NCBI GenBank assembly: GCA_022712755.1
Contig: JAFLJY010000006.1
Span: 1-38,481, forward strand
Direction of reading: 5' to 3'
DNA: 38,481 nt
From: Gammaproteobacteria bacterium
Lineage (GTDB): Bacteria > Pseudomonadota > Gammaproteobacteria > SZUA-229
A program made the position numbers and the translations under genes. A model generated the notes under the pieces. The model did not search any database. It saw only the letters and a list, made by a program, of their open reading frames with translations, and was not told the origin of the DNA. This document shows, piece after piece, positions 31,672 to 38,481 of this stretch (positions are counted from its first letter, which is position 1; the number at the start of each line of letters is the position of its first letter).

Positions 31672-31707
31672 GTTTTAGGTTTTTGCTTATAACTTAAAAC
31701 TTAAATA

Positions 31708-32085
31708 TCATGCATTTTTCTTTCTGTAATCATCTATCGCAGCATTGATGGCATCTTCAGCCAGAACCGAACAATGGATTTTTACCGGCGGCAATGCCAA
31801 CTCTTCAGCAATCTGCGTATTTTTAATGGCTTTTGCTTCATCTAAAGTTTTACCTTTTACCCATTCAGTTAAAAGCGAACTGGAAGCAATCGCACTACCG
31901 CAGCCATACGTTTTAAATACCGCGTCTTCGATAACACCGTTGCTGTCAACTTTAATTTGCAGCTTCATCACATCACCACAGGCAGGCGCACCGACCATGC
32001 CGGTACCAATATTATCATCGTTCTTGAAGCTACCTACATTTCTTGGATTCTCGTAGTGATCTAGAACTTTTTCACCGTATGCCAT
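31708..32085 (-). CDS. iscU: Fe-S cluster scaffold
   Basis: YENPRNVG, GAPACGDVM, GCGSAIASS, LPPVKIHCS. Confidence 0.97.
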   Translation of the reverse strand: MAYGEKVLDHYENPRNVGSFKNDDNIGTGMVGAPACGDVMKLQIKVDSNGVIEDAVFKTYGCGSAIASSSLLTEWVKGKTLDEAKAIKNTQIAEELALPPVKIHCSVLAEDAINAAIDDYRKKNA

Positions 32086-32090
32086 AACCT

Positions 32091-32639
32091 TTACCTCGCA
32101 AACACTTTGTTAACCAGCACATTACTATGCTGTTTTTTATCATTATCAAACACGCCCTTATTAATGGCAGCAGCCTGTTTTTTAGCCAATATAAATCGCC
32201 CGATCATTTTATCGCGCTGCATGGACAGTTCTGGAATACCTGGGCGCTCAACAAATTGCGCCAGGGTAATGCCCGATAAAAAATCATGTAATCTATTACT
32301 TAAGTTCGACCACAATTCATGGGTTAAACACTTGTCTCCGCCCTGGCAATTTCCTTCACCTTTGCAGCGGGTAACATCAACGGTTTCATCAACAGAGCAA
32401 ATAATCTCAGCAATACTAATCTCAGCGGCAGGACGCGCCAAACGATAGCCGCCACCGGGGCCCCGCACACCTTTGACCAGACCACTTTTACGCAGGCAGG
32501 CAAAAAGCTGTTCCAGATACGATAAAGAAATGCCCTGACACTGCGAAATATCCGCCAGTGTCACCGGCCCCGCCTTATCATGTATCGCAAGATCTAACAT
32601 GGCCGTTACGCTGTAACGCCCTTTGGTTGATAAACGCAT
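32091..32639 (-). CDS. iscR: Rrf2-family Fe-S cluster regulator
   Basis: [26 protein letters not shown]-x5-C-x5-C-LTH. Confidence 0.92.
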   Translation of the reverse strand: MRLSTKGRYSVTAMLDLAIHDKAGPVTLADISQCQGISLSYLEQLFACLRKSGLVKGVRGPGGGYRLARPAAEISIAEIICSVDETVDVTRCKGEGNCQGGDKCLTHELWSNLSNRLHDFLSGITLAQFVERPGIPELSMQRDKMIGRFILAKKQAAAINKGVFDNDKKQHSNVLVNKVFAR

Positions 32640-32653
32640 AAAAAAACCTCGGT

Positions 32654-32710
32654 ATTCCCGACTAATTTAGTAGGTTAATCTTACTAATACCTAGTAAAAC
32701 AGTCAAGTAT
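32654..32710 (-). promoter_or_regulatory. sigma70 promoter overlapped by two type-1 IscR sites
   Basis: TTGACT (32706-32701)-17 nt-TAAGAT (32683-32678). Sites attcccgactaatttagtaggttaa (32654-32678) and minus-strand atacttgactgttttactaggtatt (32710-32686) match 21/25 and 20/25 of ATASYYGACTRWWWYAGTCRRSTAT. Confidence 0.85.
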
Positions 32711-32861
32711 TATGAGAACAAACAAAACAACCTTGCTGGAACACAAAATTTTTATAACCCCCAGTCCAACCACCTATTCATGACAATCTAATCAGTTACA
32801 GATAGTTAACCGACTCCAGTCACCACGATGCGTGACCAATTAAGCAGGCAGGCAATCATAT

Positions 32862-33166
32862 ATGCGTAACCAAAAAAAATATGTAGGTATTAACAAAAAA
32901 TCAAAGGCGGTATGACCCTGATAGGTAAGATCATCAGAGATGCCTGGGTGTTTTGAGTACTTGCCGAAACAGAAACCTGTGAAGGCTGAAATACAGCTGA
33001 AATTGACGCTTTGTTACAAATAGCTAATATCGAATGGGATAAATATGGCTGCATGGTCAGCCAGTTACCAGAAGAATTAGCAAAACGTCACCATACAATC
33101 CACACGCAAGCCATACAAAAGGCAAAAGCGACAGGCTGATCAGGAATATTAGACGATGAATACTAG
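32862..33166 (+). pseudogene. decayed small hypothetical gene
   Basis: Frame from 32912 reads MTLIGKIIRDAWVF*VLAETETCEG*NTAE...WDKYG..LPEEL..RH..AKATG*SGILDDEY*; probable frameshifted 5' part from ATG 32862. Confidence 0.55.
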
Positions 33167-33226
33167 AGAAAATTCCTGAAAAAATAAAAACCAGGAATCA
33201 AGCCTGCCTCTCCGCCATCAGTCTTT

Positions 33227-33386
33227 AGGGCATCTCTAATAATTCTGTTTGAGCATATTTGTACTTGGCAGGCTCAAGAACAAGGCGAAGATCGCAGCAA
33301 ATAGTGGGCTATTTGCAAGGTTTTCAACGAAGTTATTGAGTCTACCATGTGCGAAGATGCCAATCATGAATTTTTAGAGATGCCCT
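33227..33386. mobile_element. 160-bp MITE (AGGGCATCTCTA ends)
   Basis: 18/19 terminal IR 33227-33245 / 33368-33386; same end motif as 23039-23115. Confidence 0.75.
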
Positions 33387-33724
33387 TTAGCGGAATTCTT
33401 TTTTTCATGTTTGTCTGAAGATGATTTATTTGGCCACATCAACTGGCGAAGATGATGTCGTCGAAAAATAGTAGAGACCATCTCATATACCACAGAAACC
33501 AACAAAGCAAAAACAATAGAAAGAACGAGATAGTGTGCCTTCCAGATGAAAACATAGGATGCACGTAAATAACCTGCCGATAACATATCAAATGCCAACT
33601 GAAAATTTTCCAGCATAGAGCCTAATTCCTCAGGCACCATAACACCCAGGGCGACAGGGTGCTTATCGATAACGAACCATAACACCCAGCCAATAACAAA
33701 AATAATAATTGAAAAATTAAACAT
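33374..33724 (-). CDS. hypothetical membrane protein
   Basis: Two hydrophobic segments; the stop codon lies inside the MITE end. Confidence 0.6.
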   Translation of the reverse strand: MFNFSIIIFVIGWVLWFVIDKHPVALGVMVPEELGSMLENFQLAFDMLSAGYLRASYVFIWKAHYLVLSIVFALLVSVVYEMVSTIFRRHHLRQLMWPNKSSSDKHEKKNSAKGHL

Positions 33725-33859
33725 AAAAAGTCATTACAATAAAGTAAAACCATTCGAGTATAAAGATAACATCCTTTTATCTAATGTGTAGTAGCTCAAA
33801 CTCAACCTGACAAAGCCTGCCTGATTTACTCATAGGGTTAATGGCTGAATTCGGTCAGA

Positions 33860-34038
33860 AATGGAAGTTATAAGTTGTATGTATTAAGTTTCTTATCTGT
33901 GGTTAAAATAAGCTTTTGTTTTTTTAGCACTATTCGTGGAGCAGTGGCATACGGACGTGTCGTTTTCGAACAAAAGGATGGAATAACGTTTATAACTTAT
34001 AACTTATAACTTAAAACATACAACTTATAACTTCCATT
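33860..34038. repeat. heptamer-based inverted-repeat element enclosing other repeat units
   Basis: 30/31 IR 33860-33890 / 34008-34038; six TTATAAC-like heptamers at 33990-34031. Confidence 0.85.
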
Positions 34039-34116
34039 AAGTGTCGTTAACAGCCATCCCATAGCCGACACTGCCTGTCAGATAAAACGCAGGCTTATAC
34101 ACCAAATGTCCGGCAG

Positions 34117-34884
34117 TTACTGCTTCAAACGATACCCGGTTTTAAACATCCAGCCGACAATCATCAAACAAATTGCTAAAAACAGTAATATCACAGCAAG
34201 GCTGATACCGACACTCACATCAGCCACTTCAAAAAAACTCCAGCGAAATCCACTGATCAGATAAACCACAGGATTAAACAGCGTGACAGTTTGCCAGGCA
34301 GGCGGCAACATACTTACCGAGTAAAAAGTGCCTCCCAGAAAAACCAGCGGCGTGATAACCAGCATCGGGATGAGCTGTAGTTTTTCAAAGTTATTCGCCC
34401 ATAAGCCGATGATAAATCCAAAAAGGCTGAAAGTTATGCAGGTGAGTATTAAAAAACTCAGCATCCAAATCGGGTGTGCAATTTCCAGAGGCACAAAGAA
34501 TCCAGCTGTTCCAAGTATTATAAAACCAATGATAAGTGATTTTGTTGCCGCTGCACCAACATAACCGATAAGAATTTCCATATAAGAGATTGGTGCTGAC
34601 ATGACTTCATAGATGGTACCGGTAAACTTGGGAAAGAAGATTCCAAACGAGGCATTAGCGATACTTTGCGTTAACAGTGCCAGCATCAACAGTCCGGGCA
34701 CGATGAATGTACCATAAGGCACACCTTCAATTTCCTGGATGCGCGAGCCGATCGCGGCGCCAAATACCACAAAATATAACGCTGTTGATATAACAGGTGA
34801 GATGAAACTTTGCAGCATGGTTTCCCATGCGCGTAGCATCTCATATTTATAGATAACTTTGATCGCCTGTATATTGATGCTCAT
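34117..34884 (-). CDS. ABC-2 type transporter permease (YadH-like)
   Basis: [44 protein letters not shown]. Confidence 0.92.
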   Translation of the reverse strand: MSINIQAIKVIYKYEMLRAWETMLQSFISPVISTALYFVVFGAAIGSRIQEIEGVPYGTFIVPGLLMLALLTQSIANASFGIFFPKFTGTIYEVMSAPISYMEILIGYVGAAATKSLIIGFIILGTAGFFVPLEIAHPIWMLSFLILTCITFSLFGFIIGLWANNFEKLQLIPMLVITPLVFLGGTFYSVSMLPPAWQTVTLFNPVVYLISGFRWSFFEVADVSVGISLAVILLFLAICLMIVGWMFKTGYRLKQ

Positions 34885-35807
34885 GATTTTTTCTTAACCA
34901 GACTAACAAATATTTCTTCCAGAGAACTTTGCGATGTATTTATATCTTTCAAAGACAAACCCGCCTGTTTAACCGCATCCATCAAACCTGATATATCGAT
35001 ATCAGAATTGAGCGGATCGTAGGTGTAGGTCAGTTGACCACCTGCACCCGATAATTCCAGCGACCAGCTTGATAGAGAGTCGGGTATAGCTGAAATAGTG
35101 TTTTTTAGCTCAATGCTTATCTGTTTTTTACCCAGCTTATGCATTATGCTCTGCTTATTATCAATCAACAATAATTCACCATTACTGATCACACCAACAC
35201 GATCAGCAATCTCTTCGGCTTCCTCAATATAGTGAGTAGTGAGAATAATAGTAACACCTGATTCACGCAGTTTTTTTACCAGTGCCCACATATCTTTGCG
35301 TAGCTCAACATCAACACCGGCCGTAGGCTCATCCAGAAACAGAATATCCGGTTCATGCGCGAGTGCCTTAGCAATGAGTACTCGTCGTTTCATGCCACCT
35401 GAAAGTGCGAGTATCTCGCTATTTCGTTTATCCCAGAGAGACAGATCATTTAGTAACTGTTCAAGATACGCAGAATTCGGTTTTTTACCAAACAGGCCGC
35501 GACTAAAACTGAGTGTGTTGATGACCTTGTCAAATGCGCCCAACGTCAACTCCTGAGGAACCAGACCGATAGTGCTCCGCGTTTTACGAAATTCTGTAAC
35601 ATTATCAAACCCATCAACTGTCACCGAACCTGCAGTGGCTTTAACCAGTCCGCAGATAATCGAAATCAGTGTAGTCTTGCCCGCACCATTAGGACCCAGC
35701 AACGCCAGAATTTCGCCCCGTTTGATCTCCAGGCTTAAATTTTTCAGCGCCTGGTGACCGCTAGCATAAGTCTTGGATAGATTTGATATTGAAACGATTG
35801 TTTGCAT
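34881..35807 (-). CDS. ABC transporter ATP-binding protein (YadG-like)
   Basis: [30 protein letters not shown]. Confidence 0.94.
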   Translation of the reverse strand: MQTIVSISNLSKTYASGHQALKNLSLEIKRGEILALLGPNGAGKTTLISIICGLVKATAGSVTVDGFDNVTEFRKTRSTIGLVPQELTLGAFDKVINTLSFSRGLFGKKPNSAYLEQLLNDLSLWDKRNSEILALSGGMKRRVLIAKALAHEPDILFLDEPTAGVDVELRKDMWALVKKLRESGVTIILTTHYIEEAEEIADRVGVISNGELLLIDNKQSIMHKLGKKQISIELKNTISAIPDSLSSWSLELSGAGGQLTYTYDPLNSDIDISGLMDAVKQAGLSLKDINTSQSSLEEIFVSLVKKKS

Positions 35808-35861
35808 ATTTATTGTGCTTCAGCCGGAAATACTCATCATCAGTAATGCCACCATTTTTCT

Positions 35862-35907
35862 CCAACATAAGGGGTCAGCCAACATAAGGGGTCCAACATA
35901 AGGGGTC
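35862..35907. repeat. triplicated CCAACATAAGGGGTC at the transposase 3' end
   Basis: Copies at 35862, 35879 and 35893. Confidence 0.9.
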
Positions 35908-36939
35908 AGGATGCTTGCTTCATAATACTCTTTATCGTCTTATTAATTATAGACGAAAAGTATTTATCTTCTCTTTTTTTCTTTCTGACCTGATGAGTAA
36001 TAAAACTAACAGAGCCAGCATGGCTAAGTTTAAATAATTCCGCTATATCCTTGAGTTTTTCACCGGCTAATTCCTGACATAAATACATCGCGATTTTACG
36101 TGCATCATTTCCCTTTTGCGGCCCTTTAACGACTGCTGTCAGTTGGTCAGGTGTTGTGTTCCAAAGGCTGGCGACACCTTTAACAATAGTTTGCTTCGAA
36201 ATACCATGTAAAACAACCTGGCCTTTCTCTTCCGCTTCCAGCTCCGGAAGCAATTCGTCATATACCCATGCCTTAAAATTATTATCCCCAATAATTGCCA
36301 CCATATTGGCACGTTGATAATATCGCGCTGTTTCCTCATCCACACCATTTAACACATAGCTAGCGTAGCCTTTATATCGTTGCCTGCTCCCAAGCATCTG
36401 ATAAGTCATTTCCCGAAAAAGCCAGTTTGGCGCCTTCGCTTTGGCGATATAAGCTGGATAACTAGACCACTGATATTTTTGTAAATCACGTACTATCGGC
36501 TTCTTCATATCAACAGGGTTACGATGTATATATCGTGACAGCTGTAACAAATAAGCGTCTTTATCCACTAAAATTGCTTTGTACCTGCCCCGAAATAGTG
36601 GGCCATCCGTTTTTTTAAGCCGATTGTACCGCTGAGTATAAACACCATTAATATGACGCATGATTCGCCCCAGGTTGGCATGAGGAGTTTCCAGCAATAA
36701 ATGGTAATGATTCCCCATCAGACAGTATGCGTGTATCACACAGTGAAAACGCTGATGCACCTCTGCCAGGGTATCCAGAAATGCTTGATAATACCGCTCA
36801 TCACGAAATATCATCTGTCGTCCCCGACCTCGGTTCATCACATGGTAAAAAGCGCTTTCATATTCAATTCGTTGTGGTCTAGGCATAGTTAAAGCTTAGA
36901 TGAAAAAGTATTATGAAGCAAGTGACTTGACCCCCTATG
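35897..36939. mobile_element. inverted-repeat-bounded Y1 transposase element
   Basis: 33-bp IR 35897-35929 / 36907-36939, 28/33 identical. Confidence 0.7.
35906..36886 (-). CDS. Y1/HUH transposase (IS200-like/RAYT) with a C-terminal DnaA-C-like HTH
   Basis: YHVMNRG, YCLMGNHYHLL (HuH), YIHRNPV (catalytic Tyr), YQWSSY; ARKIAMYLCQEL..LKDIAELF. Confidence 0.9.
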   Translation of the reverse strand: MPRPQRIEYESAFYHVMNRGRGRQMIFRDERYYQAFLDTLAEVHQRFHCVIHAYCLMGNHYHLLLETPHANLGRIMRHINGVYTQRYNRLKKTDGPLFRGRYKAILVDKDAYLLQLSRYIHRNPVDMKKPIVRDLQKYQWSSYPAYIAKAKAPNWLFREMTYQMLGSRQRYKGYASYVLNGVDEETARYYQRANMVAIIGDNNFKAWVYDELLPELEAEEKGQVVLHGISKQTIVKGVASLWNTTPDQLTAVVKGPQKGNDARKIAMYLCQELAGEKLKDIAELFKLSHAGSVSFITHQVRKKKREDKYFSSIINKTIKSIMKQAS

Positions 36940-37169
36940 CCTAAAAAATTGACAGTGCCGCATTGTTTATGCAGTGGGTTTTTCACAAAAAAAATGGCCC
37001 GATAAGGGATTGTTTTAAATATAACAGGTGCAGTTATAATTACTGCAGTGTGATATTTTAGTGCAGCAACATAAAAAAACAAGTACAGTAGTCAAGTCGT
37101 ACCAACCAATTATGGCAATGCACAAGGCGCAGCAAGCAGGTTTGACGCCACAGGTAACGGAGGATGCTT

Positions 37170-38481
37170 ATGCATTCGAACAACAATACGCAAGCTGCAT
37201 TGAATCGTCCTGGCTGGCTGGAAAAATCGTCAGCAGCGCTACGTGCAAGGCCCAATGCACTGCCACTGCTCATTCTGCTGCTGTTAAGTGCCGCCGTTCA
37301 CCTGGTGGGATTGTCGCATCCTCGCAGTGTGGTATTCGACGAAGTCCATTTCGGCAGTTTTTCCTCGGCCTATTGCTGCAACCACGAATACTTCTTTGAT
37401 CCTCATCCCCCACATGCGAAATTGCTAATTGCCGGCACTGCCCGTCTGCTGGGTTTTGAGGGTGGAGTTGCTTTTGACCATATCGGGGAATCTTTCGGAG
37501 AGTTTTCACCGGTACCAATGCGGCTGGCACCGGCACTGGCCGGGGCGCTGTTGCCACTCATCATCTTTGTTCTGTTACGCCAACTGGGTGCCGCACAGGC
37601 GGCGGCCTTTTTCGGGGGGCTGCTGCTGGTGTTCGACAATGCACTAGCAATACACACCCGGGGCATCAGTCTGGATGGCATCCTGCTGGCGGCAACCTTT
37701 GGCGCGTTGTGCCTGTATCTGGCGGCAGAAAAGGCCACCACTACAAGGCAGTGGGTGCTATTCAGCTTTCTCTCCGGTTGTGCGGCTGGGCTGGCCGTCG
37801 GCACCAAATTCACCGGCCTCGTCATTGTGGGTCTGATCGGCCTGTGTCTGCTGCTGCGGGTATGGCCAGGCAAGAACAGGCTGGGGTTTAAGCCAATGCT
37901 ACGCCAGGCTGGCCTCCTCCTGGCGGGTGCGATACTGGTCTACCTGGTGGGCTGGGCACTCCATTTTTCGCTGCTCAGCAAACCGGGGCCTGGTGACATC
38001 TGGGGCGTGCCGACGGGGAACCTGGTCACGGATATTGTCAAGATCCATGGCCAGATGTTTTCGGCTCACGCCGATCTCCCGGACCCCCACCAATACGGCA
38101 GTCCCTGGTGGAGTTGGCCGCTCATGAAACGCCCCATATTCTTTTGGAATTCGTCAGACTCTGCCGCCCTAATGTACTCGGTGGGTAATCCGCTCGTGTG
38201 GTGGGGCGGAACCCTGATGTTCGTTGTAGTGCTAGTCAATTTGATGCTTGCCCGGGTGACGAATTTAATGCCCCCATCCGTACCCGGGCGGCAAAGACCG
38301 AGATTCTGGTTACCGATCGTGGGTTTTGTCGCTGCCTATGCCCCGCTCGCGGGAGTCTCACGCGTACTGTTCATGTATCACTACTTTACGGCACTTATAT
38401 TTTCCCTGATTGTGGTCGTTCTCTGGCTTGATTACGTGGGCTGGATGCGGACGGACGGTTTGCGTCAGCAGCGCGTAAGCT
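37170..38481 (+). CDS. dolichyl/polyprenyl-phosphate-mannose--protein O-mannosyltransferase (GT39, PMT family); runs off the right edge
   Basis: Manual translation from ATG 37170 (GGAGG at 37159-37163): ...HPRSVVFDEVHFG...YFFDPHPPHAKL...FDNAL..TR..LDG...HQYGSPWWSWP...GNPLVWW...RVLFMYHYF; same frame at the window end. Confidence 0.88.
   Translation, partial: MHSNNNTQAALNRPGWLEKSSAALRARPNALPLLILLLLSAAVHLVGLSHPRSVVFDEVHFGSFSSAYCCNHEYFFDPHPPHAKLLIAGTARLLGFEGGVAFDHIGESFGEFSPVPMRLAPALAGALLPLIIFVLLRQLGAAQAAAFFGGLLLVFDNALAIHTRGISLDGILLAATFGALCLYLAAEKATTTRQWVLFSFLSGCAAGLAVGTKFTGLVIVGLIGLCLLLRVWPGKNRLGFKPMLRQAGLLLAGAILVYLVGWALHFSLLSKPGPGDIWGVPTGNLVTDIVKIHGQMFSAHADLPDPHQYGSPWWSWPLMKRPIFFWNSSDSAALMYSVGNPLVWWGGTLMFVVVLVNLMLARVTNLMPPSVPGRQRPRFWLPIVGFVAAYAPLAGVSRVLFMYHYFTALIFSLIVVVLWLDYVGWMRTDGLRQQRVS

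Noticed and set aside
32912-33166. Genome-wide TGA recoding or a selenoprotein
   Set aside because: TGA serves as a true stop in nnr, iscU and the ABC ATPase; the contexts are not Cys-like and no SECIS-like hairpin is evident.
35862-35907. dif/Xer site or integron attC
   Set aside because: Only TTATGTT resembles a XerD arm, there is no XerC arm, and no paired RYYYAAC...GTTRRRY structure or integrase is present.
37061-38431. Several short ORFs on both strands in the ORF track
   Set aside because: They are shadows of the long PMT frame starting at 37170 in GC-rich DNA.

Overview
AT-rich gammaproteobacterial chromosomal window, almost all on the minus strand. The backbone is the conserved nnr-tsaE-amiB-mutL-miaA-hfq-hflX-hflK-hflC-DUF2065-hisZ-purA superoperon, preceded by iscR-iscU-acnB-crcB-serS and followed by a heavy-metal efflux (TolC/CusC-like) locus with a His/Cys-rich leader ORF. 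The superoperon is split between amiB and mutL by an ~11 kb insert: thpR plus four secreted DUF11 (TIGR01451-type) genes, namely two paralogous ~435-aa subunits, a 168-aa single-domain protein and a ~2000-aa OmpA/beta-barrel protein. In these proteins the Ig domain appears split between N and C termini, which suggests a donor-strand, possibly isopeptide-crosslinked, Gram-negative fimbrial system (top candidate). A GC-rich structured leader precedes the putative major subunit. The right end carries an ABC-2 transporter, a Y1/HUH (RAYT-like) transposase bounded by 33-bp inverted repeats, and a GC-rich, window-truncated protein O-mannosyltransferase (GT39). Intergenic spacers contain at least six families of palindromic or tandem repeats, often nested. 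All calls come from reading motifs by eye; no searches were run.
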